The notes under the pieces: model-generated | Seen by the model: only the letters and a program-made list of their open reading frames with translations | Told to the model about the DNA's origin: nothing | Databases searched by the model: none | Translations under genes and position numbers: made by a program | Part shown: piece after piece, positions 16,500 through 25,743 of the stretch | Numbering within the stretch: position 1 is the first letter of the stretch | How the letters are laid out: every line of letters begins with the position of its first letter | From: Thermoplasmata archaeon | GTDB lineage: Archaea > Thermoplasmatota > Thermoplasmata > Lutacidiplasmatales > UBA184 | Length of the DNA stretch: 64,000 nucleotides | Direction: 5' to 3' | NCBI GenBank assembly: GCA_022749995.1 | Contig: JAKIWO010000001.1 | Coordinates: forward strand, 154,330-218,329

Positions 16500-18623
16500 T
16501 CACCCCGGCGGGGACTCCGACGGTGGCGTGCGGGGCGGTCGTCCCCCCCGGCCGAACGCAAAGCCGAGGATGGCTCCCACCAGACCACCGAAGGCGAGCG
16601 CGAGCAGCAGGGCGACGAAGGTGGTGCCGGCCAGCAGGCCCCCGAGCATGCCGCCTTGCCCGCCGGGAGTCGCCCCGGCGCTGCCGGGTCGGATCGACTG
16701 GTTCGAGGAGCCGTTCGGGCTGCCGTTGCCGCCGCTCCCGCCGGTCACGTAGACCCAGACGCTCCCGTACCCGACCAGCACGGTCCCGTACGCGTTGGTC
16801 GTGTTGTAGACGAACGCCGTCGCTGGATACCAGCCCGCGACCGAGTAGAACGCCGAGGCCATCAGCCCGGTGGCGCTCCCGGTGCCGTTGCCGGAGCCGT
16901 TCGGCAAGCTCCAGTGCACGGCGAACGGCGGGGAGCCGCCGTCGATGTACGCCGAGAAGACCACGGCGAGCGGGCTGCTGCCGGTGACCGGGCTCGCGGC
17001 GACCACGACTGAGACCGGCGCCGGGTGCCGGGCGCTCGAGTTGTTCCCGCCGCCGGAGCCGGCCGGACCGACCGTGAGCGGCAGCTGGACGATCACACCG
17101 GTCCCGTTCGCATCCCGGAAGCCGAGCGACCAGTTGTAGCTGCCGGCGAAGGCGTAGGAGTGCTGCGTCCCGAACACGCCGGGGGTCGAGTTGAGGCTCC
17201 AGTTGGCCGCGTACCCGTCGCCGAACTGCATCAGCAGGCCGATCGGCGGCACGCCACCGCTGAAGCTGCCGTTCACGGCCATGGGGAACGGTCCCGAGGA
17301 GTTATTCAGGCGGAAGTCAATCGCGTACTGGATCGGACCCAAACTGTTGCGGACGTAGAGGCAGGTCGCGTTCGCGCACGGGAAGCTGCCCACCGTGTAG
17401 CCGCTCGAGTTCCGGCTCCCGTTCGAGCCGATCGGCAGGGTCGCGGAGGCGGAGACCACGGCCCCTGTGGACGCGACGGCCGCGATCGACCAGTTCACCT
17501 GCTGTCCCGGCGAGCCCATGGCGTAGGTGTGGGCGAAGGTGAGCGTCCGAGCGCTCCCGATGTTGGCGAAGGAGGCTCCGCCGCCGTCACCGAAATTGAT
17601 CGTGTAGTTGACCGTCCCGTTGACTCCGGTGACGTTCACCTGCCCCCAGAACGGGATTCCCGAGGGCTGGCTCTGGTTCAGGATCACCACGGCATGGATC
17701 CCGAAGCCGCCGTTGTACGCGTAGGGGTGCGCGCAGAAGACCGCCTGAGCACAGGCCGCGGCCGGCCCGCCCGACCCACCGGACCGGGAACCGTTGCCGA
17801 GGTAGCTCGGGTTGACCGACAGGCTAGAGTTCCCCCACATCCCGGCCGCGTCGTGCAGGAGCACCTGGACGGCGTAGCTGCCACCAGTGGCCGCCGAGTA
17901 CGTGTGGTCGACGCTTCCGCTCGACCCGAGCCCGAGGGTCGTGTTGAACGTGCCGCCGTCGCCGAAATCGAGCACGAGGGTGTAGTTCGGCGTGCCGCCG
18001 TAGGTGGGGCCGTACCAGAAGGTGCTCGTCCAGCTCGAATTCAGGTCCTGGTCGGTCTCGGTGACGGGGATGCCCGGCATCGAGTTCGGGACGACGGCCC
18101 GGATGGTGCCCGTGACCTGCGAGCCGTTGCCGAGGCTGTCGCTCACGAACGCCTCGAACGGGTAGAGGGCCGAGGCGTTGTAGCTCGTGGAGAGGGTGGT
18201 CGAACTGTTCGCCGTGGCGTTCCGGTTCCCGTACGACCAGCTCGAGGTATCGCCCCAGCCGACCAGGAGAGTGTAGGGGCCCGTGCCGCCCGAAAAGACC
18301 ACCGTGGCGTTCACGGCGAAGGAGTACGCGCTGGGGACGTACCAGAGTTTGGCACTGATCGTCATCGACCCGTTCGTGTGCGAAAGGGAGAGGTTGGGCG
18401 CAGGGCTACCGTCGGCGTGGACGGCCAGCCGACCGTTCCCGCCCGCGGGGGTGGCGCCGTTCGGCCGGAGCTCGTGGCCGCCCGTGAAGCTCACCGGGAG
18501 AAGTAGGAGGAGCGCCAGCACGCCGATCACCGCCCACCGTGATCCTCGGGTTCGGCGGAGAAGATCGAGGGACGGGAATCGGGAGGGTCGATAGTTCGCG
18601 TTCGAGTGGTCCGGGGCGGTCAT
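16500..18623 (-). CDS. Large PKD-repeat, sequon-rich surface protein with N- and C-terminal TM segments
   Basis: At least five F/WGDG-type repeat units (LDFGDGG, INFGDGG, MQFGDGY, VGWGDTS...), very many N-x-S/T sequons, C-terminal Gly-rich TM. Confidence 0.65.
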   Translation of the reverse strand: MTAPDHSNANYRPSRFPSLDLLRRTRGSRWAVIGVLALLLLLPVSFTGGHELRPNGATPAGGNGRLAVHADGSPAPNLSLSHTNGSMTISAKLWYVPSAYSFAVNATVVFSGGTGPYTLLVGWGDTSSWSYGNRNATANSSTTLSTSYNASALYPFEAFVSDSLGNGSQVTGTIRAVVPNSMPGIPVTETDQDLNSSWTSTFWYGPTYGGTPNYTLVLDFGDGGTFNTTLGLGSSGSVDHTYSAATGGSYAVQVLLHDAAGMWGNSSLSVNPSYLGNGSRSGGSGGPAAACAQAVFCAHPYAYNGGFGIHAVVILNQSQPSGIPFWGQVNVTGVNGTVNYTINFGDGGGASFANIGSARTLTFAHTYAMGSPGQQVNWSIAAVASTGAVVSASATLPIGSNGSRNSSGYTVGSFPCANATCLYVRNSLGPIQYAIDFRLNNSSGPFPMAVNGSFSGGVPPIGLLMQFGDGYAANWSLNSTPGVFGTQHSYAFAGSYNWSLGFRDANGTGVIVQLPLTVGPAGSGGGNNSSARHPAPVSVVVAASPVTGSSPLAVVFSAYIDGGSPPFAVHWSLPNGSGNGTGSATGLMASAFYSVAGWYPATAFVYNTTNAYGTVLVGYGSVWVYVTGGSGGNGSPNGSSNQSIRPGSAGATPGGQGGMLGGLLAGTTFVALLLALAFGGLVGAILGFAFGRGGRPPRTPPSESPPG

Positions 18624-18721
18624 CGGTCCCTTGGGCGCTCCCGGCCGCTATAAGCCTCGGCCGCACAAACGACGAACAAACGTCGGCGGCGACGTCGGCC
18701 GGTCGTTTCCGGCTCGCCCCG

Positions 18722-19903
18722 TCACGTTCCCGGAGGTCGGCTCGGGGGTGCCGGCGGGGGGACGCCACCGGTCTTGGGGACCGGCACCCTCTCGAGCGCG
18801 GCCCGCACCACCTGCTCGCCCCGCACGCCACGGATCCAGGGCTCGGGCTTGACCACGATGCGGTGGGCGAGCGCCGGTGCGGCGATGCTCTTGAGGTCGT
18901 CCGGGATCACGAAGTCCCGACCCTCGAGCAGCGCGCGGGCCCGCGAGAGCTTGAGCAGCGCCAACGAGCCCCGGGGGGAGGCGCCCACCTCGACGCGGGC
19001 GTCGACCCGGGTGGCGCCCACGAGCGCGACCGCGTACTCCTCGAGCGAGGGGTCGATCTCCACCTCCTCGACGGAGCGTTGCATCGCGCGCACCTCCTCC
19101 AGCTGGAGCACCTGGGGAACGGTCGCGACGTCCTCCTTTCGCTCCCGCCGTCGCACGAGGATCTGGCGCTCCTCCTCGGCGGTAGGATAGCCGATGGACA
19201 GACGCATCAGGAACCGGTCGACCTGCGCCTCGGGGAGCGGGTACGTGCCTTCGAGCTCGATCGGGTTCTGGGTGGCGAGCACGAGGAACGGCCGCTCGAG
19301 CGGGTGGGTGCCGCCCTCGCTCGTCACCTGGAACTCCTGCATCGCCTCGAGCAGGGCCGACTGGACCTTCGGTGGGGCACGGTTGATCTCGTCGGCCAGG
19401 ACTACGTGGGCAAACAGGGGACCCGGCCGGAAGGTGAACGACTGGGTGCGGGCATCGAACACCTCCCCACCAGTGATGTCGTGGGGCAGCAGGTCGGCGG
19501 TGAACTGGACGCGGGAGAAGCTGAGGCCGAGCGCCTGGGCGAACGACTTGGCGAGCAGCGTCTTGCCGAGCCCGGGCAGGTCCTCGAGGAGCAGGTGCCC
19601 GTCCGCGAGCACTCCCGTCGTGATGAGGTCGATCGCCCGCTCCCGGCCGACGACGGCCCGATGCACGGCGGCCCGGACGTCCGCCATGCGGGCGCGCACC
19701 TGCTCCCCGTTCAACGGTCCGGCCCGTCGCGCCGAGGCGAGCGCCCGTATTTGGCCCGAACGCCCCCCGAGGCTCCCATATGCCCCGTCCGTAACGGATC
19801 GCGTCCCAGGAGGCCATCCGGCCCTCTCGGCGTCCTGACCCCGGCCGGGGGTGTCGGGCCCCGGGGTTGTCCTCTCTTCATCCCGTGTGGGCGACACGCC
19901 CAC
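18722..19903 (-). CDS. MoxR-family AAA+ ATPase (module 1)
   Basis: LLLEDLPGLGKTLLAKS Walker A, VLADEINRAPPKVQSALLEAMQE Walker B/sensor. Start is uncertain; an internal ATG at 19687 gives 321 aa. Confidence 0.85.
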   Translation of the reverse strand: MGVSPTRDEERTTPGPDTPGRGQDAERAGWPPGTRSVTDGAYGSLGGRSGQIRALASARRAGPLNGEQVRARMADVRAAVHRAVVGRERAIDLITTGVLADGHLLLEDLPGLGKTLLAKSFAQALGLSFSRVQFTADLLPHDITGGEVFDARTQSFTFRPGPLFAHVVLADEINRAPPKVQSALLEAMQEFQVTSEGGTHPLERPFLVLATQNPIELEGTYPLPEAQVDRFLMRLSIGYPTAEEERQILVRRRERKEDVATVPQVLQLEEVRAMQRSVEEVEIDPSLEEYAVALVGATRVDARVEVGASPRGSLALLKLSRARALLEGRDFVIPDDLKSIAAPALAHRIVVKPEPWIRGVRGEQVVRAALERVPVPKTGGVPPPAPPSRPPGT

Positions 19904-19976
19904 GGAGGTCAGGAGGGACCCTTCGTCGGGGACCGGGTGCCGCTTGCGCGGCCCGGGGGAGCCAGACCGGTGGGCC

Positions 19977-20525
19977 CTAAATCACTGCCGCGGGGCTCCG
20001 ACCGGCGTCGGCGAGCTCGGCCGGGTGCCCGTACAGCCAGGCAGCGAACAGGATCTCGGTGACCAGCAGCGCTGCGGCCGCACCGAAGGCGTTCGGCGCA
20101 CCGGGGAGCGCGACGCTCGCGAGGATCCCGAGCAGGACCGCGAGCGACGGCAGCAGCAGCGCTCCGGCGGCGTCCCGCCAGCGGCCGCGCGGGAACGGCT
20201 CGCTGGCCAGCCACAGGAGCAGCGCGAGCCCGGCGCCTCCGGCGAGCAGTTCTCCGGGGGCGCTGATCGGGTCGAGCGCGGCCACCGCCCCGAGCCCGGC
20301 GACGATCGGGATCGCGGACAAGGTGCGGCCGACGCCCGGCAGGAACCGGCGGCACAGCAGGCCGCCCACGATCCCGGCCGAGGGGATCGCCACCCCTTCG
20401 AGCGCTCCCACCGAGGCGCTCAGTCCGAGCAACACTCCGGTCGCGACCAGCAGCAACAACGCGACCGACTCCGGGCGCAGCCCGGACACCCGGGCCCGCT
20501 CGGGACCTCCGGCCGCGCCGCTCAC
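19977..20525 (-). CDS. Gly/Ala/Leu-rich polytopic membrane protein (module 1)
   Basis: In-frame GTG at 20525 overlaps the DUF58 stop (GTGA). It is the C-terminal 182 aa of track ORF 19977..21869; only this part is hydrophobic and protein-like. Confidence 0.5.
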   Translation of the reverse strand: MSGAAGGPERARVSGLRPESVALLLLVATGVLLGLSASVGALEGVAIPSAGIVGGLLCRRFLPGVGRTLSAIPIVAGLGAVAALDPISAPGELLAGGAGLALLLWLASEPFPRGRWRDAAGALLLPSLAVLLGILASVALPGAPNAFGAAAALLVTEILFAAWLYGHPAELADAGRSPAAVI

Positions 20526-21733
20526 GTGCCACCGCCCCGGCGGGCCGGTCGACGGAGCAGCACGACGAGTTGTCCCAGGCTCCAGTAGTCGGTCCAGTCG
20601 ACCACGGGTGCCTCGCGCCATACCTCGGCCAACTGCCGGCGCCGCTCGAGGTTGAGCAGCCGGCGGGCCAGTCGGTCCGCCCGGGACGTGCGCCACTCCG
20701 GCACGAGCAAGGGCACGGGCGAGGGGCTGACGACGATCGCCGGGTAGCCGCGGCGACGCAGGTGGGGGAGCAGCAGCAGCTGTTCCTCCTCCGACATCGG
20801 GCTCAGCAGGACGGTCAGCACCCCGGGAGGAAAGTACTGCCGGAGCGACACCGCGAGCCGCTCGGCCGGCCCGGGGCTCTCCGGCGCACGGGCCGAGCGG
20901 AGCAGTCGCCGAATGCGGAACTTCTGCCGACGACCGGTGCCGAGCGGCACCGCCTCGAGGAACTCGCCGAAGACGCCGACCCCGACGCGGCTCTTGGCAT
21001 CGAGGAATCCGGCGGCCAGCCCGGACGCGGCCGCCCGGGCGAGGGACAGGAGCACGGCATCCCGCGCCGGTCCGGCCGAGGTGGGCCGCACGTCGATCAG
21101 GATGAGGAGGTCGCCGGTCCGCTCGAGCCGGAAGTCGTTGGCGATGAGTCGGCCGGCGCGGGCGCTCGCCCGCCAGTTGATCCGACGGACGGTATCGGAA
21201 GGGCCGGCAGGACGGGCAGTGAAGAACTCCCCCGCGGCGCCGATCGCGTGCGACCGGATCTCTCCCGGAAGTGTCGTGGTGCGCCGCAGGTGAACGGTCC
21301 CGAGCCGATGGAGTTCCGGTGGATACCGCTCGACCGCCAGCGAGCTCCCCTCCACGTGCACCGGCAGTTCGACGAGGCCGAGCGGGTCGCGCCACAGGAG
21401 CTGCGGCGGTGGCACTTCCACGACGCACGGGAACGGCAGCTCGAGCTCGGCGTTGAACCGGAGCTCGGCTCCGACCGGCTCGAGCGTGGGGGGCTGGGGC
21501 GCGGAGAGCGGATCGGGGAACTGGAATCGCGGATACAGCTGGGCGGCCGAGACGGCCGGCTCCACCGTGATCCGCCCCAGGAGTCGGACGCGATCGCCGG
21601 TCCCGGTCTCGGCCCAGTCGAGTCGGGCCCGAAGGTCGGTGCGGGGGAGGAACAGCCCGGAACTGATGGGGGCCAGGAGGAGGGGGACGCCGAGGAACAG
21701 CGGCACCGGAGAGCGCAGCGCCACGGCCAGCAT
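20522..21733 (-). CDS. DUF58-family protein (divergent VWA-like), module 1
   Basis: N-terminal TM pair and the hallmark RRINWRASARAGRLIANDF followed by DLLILIDV. Confidence 0.8.
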   Translation of the reverse strand: MLAVALRSPVPLFLGVPLLLAPISSGLFLPRTDLRARLDWAETGTGDRVRLLGRITVEPAVSAAQLYPRFQFPDPLSAPQPPTLEPVGAELRFNAELELPFPCVVEVPPPQLLWRDPLGLVELPVHVEGSSLAVERYPPELHRLGTVHLRRTTTLPGEIRSHAIGAAGEFFTARPAGPSDTVRRINWRASARAGRLIANDFRLERTGDLLILIDVRPTSAGPARDAVLLSLARAAASGLAAGFLDAKSRVGVGVFGEFLEAVPLGTGRRQKFRIRRLLRSARAPESPGPAERLAVSLRQYFPPGVLTVLLSPMSEEEQLLLLPHLRRRGYPAIVVSPSPVPLLVPEWRTSRADRLARRLLNLERRRQLAEVWREAPVVDWTDYWSLGQLVVLLRRPARRGGGT

Positions 21734-21813
21734 GCCGAGCGCTGCACCGCAGGCGACGAGGAGGAACCCGCGTCCCGTCCAGGAGACCCGCGGCGGGGGC
21801 TCGTTGGCTGCGC

Positions 21814-22221
21814 TCAGGTGCTCGCCTCCAGTCGGTCGAGTTCGGCCTCGACCCAGCCGAGGAACTCATTCGGCGGGGCCGCGAGCAGCCGCTCCTCCTC
21901 CGTCACGGAGAGCGAGCCGCGGTGCTCATCGAACGCCCGGTCCAGTCGTCGCAGCGCGCCGATCAGCGTGACCCGGCCGAGCCTGCCACTCCGAAACGCG
22001 TCGAGGAGCTCCACCGGTGCGTCCTGGAGGCGGGGTGGATCGGGCGGGGCGCGGAAACGTGTGCTGCCGGCCAGGACCACCGCCGCCGCCCCCGAGGCGG
22101 CCGCCATGGCCAGCACCGCCGCCGGCACTGCCGCGGAGAGCTCCGAGCTGGTCAGGAAGGCCACGACGGCTCCGAGCACCGCGAGGGCGGCTAGGAGCAC
22201 CGCGAGTCCGCGAGCGGCCAC
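21814..22221 (-). CDS. Small N-anchored helical protein, module 1 (paralog of 36605..37120)
   Basis: GTG at 22221 overlaps the upstream TAG by 1 nt. Two TM segments precede RRLDRAFDEHRG, which matches DRLDASLRRHRG in module 2. Confidence 0.45.
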   Translation of the reverse strand: MAARGLAVLLAALAVLGAVVAFLTSSELSAAVPAAVLAMAAASGAAAVVLAGSTRFRAPPDPPRLQDAPVELLDAFRSGRLGRVTLIGALRRLDRAFDEHRGSLSVTEEERLLAAPPNEFLGWVEAELDRLEAST

Positions 22222-23261
22222 TACCGCTCCGCGAACCAGCGCAGTTCGTGCAGCAGCTTCTGGAGCGCCGCGCGCGCCGGGGCGATGGCCTCGGGTCGGA
22301 TCGGGTGCGAAGAGTAGCGCGCTTCCTCGAACAGCTGCGTGAGCCACCCCGCGGACTCAGCGCTGACCCCGAGGTACCGCACGGCGAGCCACAGGACCTC
22401 GCGCGGGGTTCGGGGTCCGAGCTCCCCCAGTGCGGGGGCGACGGCCTGCAGCAGCGCGCCGTACAACGCGAAGATGTACGCCCGCAGTTCCTCCTTCGGC
22501 AGCGGGGACGAGCTGCCTAGCGCAGCCTCCAATGCTCGGGCGGCCGATCCTACGGCCGCCCGCGGATCCTCCGCCGAGCCCGTCGGGCGCGATGGCCGGC
22601 GCTCGGACTGCCACGGGTCCGCGGGAGCGGGCGGCGGGGGGCGCACCGAGTCCAGCGTGACCAGCGCGAGGAGCGACCCGATGGCGGTGAATGCGGAGAT
22701 CGCGAGCAGGAGTTGCGGTTGCCACGGGAACCACGGCAGATGATCCACTGCCACCTTCTTCGGTGGCCGGACGGGCGTCGCGCGGGTACCGTTCGTCGAG
22801 TTGGAACTGGTGTTTCCCTTGCCGGGGGTCGAGTGGCAATTGGGCGGGCAGCCTCCGGTCGAGTTGTTCGAGCCGGGGGCGGTGGAGTTGTTGGAACTCT
22901 GCGTGGTCGAGTTCTCGTGGCCGCCCGGAGGGACCGTCGAGTTGTTGTTCGGCTCGGGCAGACGGCTCCCGTTCGGATCGTGTGTTCCTTGCGGGTTGCT
23001 GCTGTTGAGCGGCAGGGGAGCGGTGGAGTTGTTGGTGCCGAGTGAGGTACTAGGGGCCCACGGGTCGAACGGCAGTCCGGTGATCCCCGGGGCGAGGTAG
23101 CTCGCCGCCACTCCGACGCCCAAGGTGAACGTCAACAGCAGTACCAGCGCCGAGGAGGAGGCACGGATTCGTCGAGGGGCCGGTGGGGCGGGCCGGTGGG
23201 CCGGTAGCTCGTCGGTCGCCCACTCCTCTGGATCGCCGGCTGGATTCGGGAAAGGGGCCAT
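22221..23261 (-). CDS. DUF4129-type membrane protein with Asn/Ser/Thr-rich ectodomain (module 1, copy b)
   Basis: ATG at 23261 (MAPFPNPAG). TM, then a sequon-dense NNST/NSS linker, a second TM, and a C-terminal LTQLFEEARYSSHPIRP motif. Confidence 0.65.
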   Translation of the reverse strand: MAPFPNPAGDPEEWATDELPAHRPAPPAPRRIRASSSALVLLLTFTLGVGVAASYLAPGITGLPFDPWAPSTSLGTNNSTAPLPLNSSNPQGTHDPNGSRLPEPNNNSTVPPGGHENSTTQSSNNSTAPGSNNSTGGCPPNCHSTPGKGNTSSNSTNGTRATPVRPPKKVAVDHLPWFPWQPQLLLAISAFTAIGSLLALVTLDSVRPPPPAPADPWQSERRPSRPTGSAEDPRAAVGSAARALEAALGSSSPLPKEELRAYIFALYGALLQAVAPALGELGPRTPREVLWLAVRYLGVSAESAGWLTQLFEEARYSSHPIRPEAIAPARAALQKLLHELRWFAER

Positions 23262-23331
23262 GCTCAGCTCCCGCGCCGATCGAGGACACCGGGCCCAGTG
23301 GGATGGCGCTTGCGCTGCGGGGCGACGCACC

Positions 23332-24264
23332 CTAGGCGGCCTTGGCTGGTAGCGGCTCGGGGATCGTTCCCCCCAGATCCTCCAGCACCAGCTCGAGCGC
23401 ACGGCGGGTATCGGCCACCGCGTTCGGGCGCAGGGGGCGAGAGGAGTAACGGGCTTCCTCGAACAGGCGGGTGAGCTGCCCCGCCGGACCCGAGTGGACG
23501 CCCAGGTCGTGCACCAGCGTGCGCTCGATCTCGCGGGCGGTGAGCACTTCGGTGGAGGAGATTCGAAGCTGGAGCCTCAGTAGCAGCCGGGCGTAGAGTG
23601 CTCGGATCACCTCTCGCGGATCCTCCGGGTCGCTCTCGGCCAGACGACGGAGCGCCCGAGTAAACTCCTCGCGGATCGCCCGCCGGGCCTCGTCGGGGTC
23701 GGAGGACGGGTGAGCCCGCGCCGACAGGACATACAGGAGCGCGATCAGCGCGGTGAGCGCGACCCCAAACCCGGCGATCGCATACCAGACCCAGGAGGGC
23801 AGGCTGAGCGATGCCCGGGGCAACGCGCCGCTCCCCGAACTGTTGAGCCCCGTCGTGTTGCCCCCGCCCCCTCCGGGGGAGGTGCCGTTGGTCGGCTGGG
23901 CCGGGCCGGCTTGGCCGGGCCAAGCCGACTGGTGCAGCAGCCCGCCGAGGGAGAGAAGGCCCACCACGATGAACACCACGATCAGGAAGGTCAGCAGCCC
24001 GTACTGGACCGAGTTGCTCGGTCCTTGCCGTTGCCGGACGTGGATGGTGAAGACCAGCCAGATCAGGAACGCGGTGGGGACGCCGGCGGCGAGCAGGTCG
24101 ACGAAGATCACGGCCGGTACCGGTTGGTACTGGCCCGGGCCGGAAGGCGCGGGGGCGTGCGTGGGCGACGCGATCAGCGCGGCGACCGCTCCGAAGCCCA
24201 GGCTCAACAGGAGGAGCAGGAGAAGCGTCCGGCCTCGCCGCGAGCTCCCGGGGTTCCGGGCCAT
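23332..24264 (-). CDS. DUF4129-type membrane protein (module 1, copy a)
   Basis: Several TM segments and C-terminal LTRLFEEARYSSRPLRP. Paralog of the downstream gene. Confidence 0.65.
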   Translation of the reverse strand: MARNPGSSRRGRTLLLLLLLSLGFGAVAALIASPTHAPAPSGPGQYQPVPAVIFVDLLAAGVPTAFLIWLVFTIHVRQRQGPSNSVQYGLLTFLIVVFIVVGLLSLGGLLHQSAWPGQAGPAQPTNGTSPGGGGGNTTGLNSSGSGALPRASLSLPSWVWYAIAGFGVALTALIALLYVLSARAHPSSDPDEARRAIREEFTRALRRLAESDPEDPREVIRALYARLLLRLQLRISSTEVLTAREIERTLVHDLGVHSGPAGQLTRLFEEARYSSRPLRPNAVADTRRALELVLEDLGGTIPEPLPAKAA

Positions 24265-24284
24265 GCTCGGCGAGCGCGCGACCC

Positions 24285-25226
24285 CTACTTAGGGGGTGAC
24301 GGGGCGGCCGGCCCACCACCGCTCGCGGGCGGTGTCGGTCGGAGCAGGTAGAACGCGCGGCGCTCATGCTCGAGGGGAAGCACGAGAAAATCGACCGGCG
24401 CGTAGCCCAGGTCCGTGCAGGCTCGGAAGGCATCGCGCACCGCGTACCTCCAGCGCCGGGCCGACGGCAGGTCGTGCTCCCGGACCGCGCTCAGGTCGAA
24501 GGGGATCTCGAGATGGGCGAGCGGTCCGGCCGGTTCGCCGACCTCCGTGGGCACGCGCAGACCCTGGTCGTTCTCCTCGGTGCGCACGACGGAACGGGCC
24601 GACTGGTACGCGGCCAGGTCCTCGGCACCGGTAGGGACGGTTCCGGCGAGTCGGGCCTCCACTTCCGGCTCGTTCAATCCCCACCGCATCCGGAGTCGGT
24701 CGGAGTCCATCTCTTCCTCCTCCTTCCAGCCCAGACGTCCCAGGTGATGCGGGAGGTACTTCTCGCACCGAGCCCCCAGCCGGCGCAAGGAGAGCCGCGC
24801 CGCGCGGCTGCGCAACGGGTCGAAGTTCCACCGCATCGCCGGGATGCCTTGCTGGAGCGCCGCCTCCCGACGGTAGGCCATCAGCCGGTACGCGACCTGG
24901 TGGTGCTGGTACTCCGGCCGGACCGCCGTCAACAGCGCGAACCGGTACAGCTCGCTGCCGTTCCAGCCCAGCAGGTCGGCCCCCACACCGGCCAGGTAGA
25001 TGTCGGCGAAGGCGCCGACGACGAGTCCGCCGTGGTCCAGGGCGCCCCGGAGCACGCTCACATTGACGGGCACCTCCGTGCCGCCGCCCATGGCCTGCCG
25101 CTCGAGCTCCTCGGCGGCGCGCAGTTCCTCGGGCTTATCGAGCGGCCGGAACCGGAATTCCCGGACCCGTTCGAGCCCGCTGGCGCCGGCCATCGACCGC
25201 GGACCGGGGCGAAGTACTTGAGGCAC
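24285..25226 (-). CDS. GNAT-superfamily protein (COG3375-like)
   Basis: WNFDPLRSRAARLSLRRLGA and DSDRLRMRW resemble the COG3375 consensus (from memory). Confidence 0.45.
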   Translation of the reverse strand: MPQVLRPGPRSMAGASGLERVREFRFRPLDKPEELRAAEELERQAMGGGTEVPVNVSVLRGALDHGGLVVGAFADIYLAGVGADLLGWNGSELYRFALLTAVRPEYQHHQVAYRLMAYRREAALQQGIPAMRWNFDPLRSRAARLSLRRLGARCEKYLPHHLGRLGWKEEEEMDSDRLRMRWGLNEPEVEARLAGTVPTGAEDLAAYQSARSVVRTEENDQGLRVPTEVGEPAGPLAHLEIPFDLSAVREHDLPSARRWRYAVRDAFRACTDLGYAPVDFLVLPLEHERRAFYLLRPTPPASGGGPAAPSPPK

Positions 25227-25263
25227 CGGAACTGCCCGCGCCTTCGGCGCGGAGCCGAGCCAG

Positions 25264-25689
25264 CTACCGGCGAACCCGCAACTCGATCCGCTTGTCGAAG
25301 TACCGCTGCTCGTCGTGGGGCGTGAGCTCCCAGAGCAGCTGCTCGAGCTCCGGTATGTGGCGCAGGAACTCCGCCTTGCTGCGAGTCTGCATCAAGTGCT
25401 CGAACTTCCGGCGGGCCACGAGGTAGGCGCCGACGAAGTACGCTCCGACGATGGCCACGATGGGGCCGGCGATGACGAACAGCAGGTTGTAGTTCGCCCC
25501 GTTCGGCTGGTTCGTTATCCCGTTGATGGTGTTGAACGGCGGGTCGCTCGAGATCGGCAGGAAGTAGCCGAGGGCGAGCGTGCTCAGCAGGAGGCCGGCG
25601 CCGAAGATCACTACCGCCACCAGGAACCGGTGCGTGCGCAGCAGTACGCGCAGCTTGCGTCCACCGGTGTCGGAGCCTTCCCCCGCCAT
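25264..25689 (-). CDS. Small membrane protein, unknown function
   Basis: ATG at 25689 (MAGEGSDTGG), two hydrophobic helices. The rest of track ORF 25264..26805 is antisense to the kinase gene. Confidence 0.45.
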   Translation of the reverse strand: MAGEGSDTGGRKLRVLLRTHRFLVAVVIFGAGLLLSTLALGYFLPISSDPPFNTINGITNQPNGANYNLLFVIAGPIVAIVGAYFVGAYLVARRKFEHLMQTRSKAEFLRHIPELEQLLWELTPHDEQRYFDKRIELRVRR

Positions 25690-25743
25690 CGGCGTCCGGA
25701 AAGCGGCATTCTTATCAAGATATGTATCGCTGGCGCGCCCTCG

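Noticed and set aside
17025-18506. 493-aa plus-strand ORF
   Set aside because: It is antisense to the PKD-repeat gene and has Arg/Gly/Val/Asp-rich composition without motifs.
20526-21869. N-terminal ~448 aa of track ORF 19977..21869
   Set aside because: This part is an alternate frame of the DUF58 gene and is Arg/Pro/Gly-rich. Only the last 182 codons, starting at a GTG that overlaps the DUF58 stop, are hydrophobic and protein-like.
23264-24433. 389-aa minus-strand ORF
   Set aside because: It is an alternate frame over the DUF4129 copy a gene. Its Arg/Pro-rich product has no TM segments, while the chosen frame has clear TM helices and the conserved tail.
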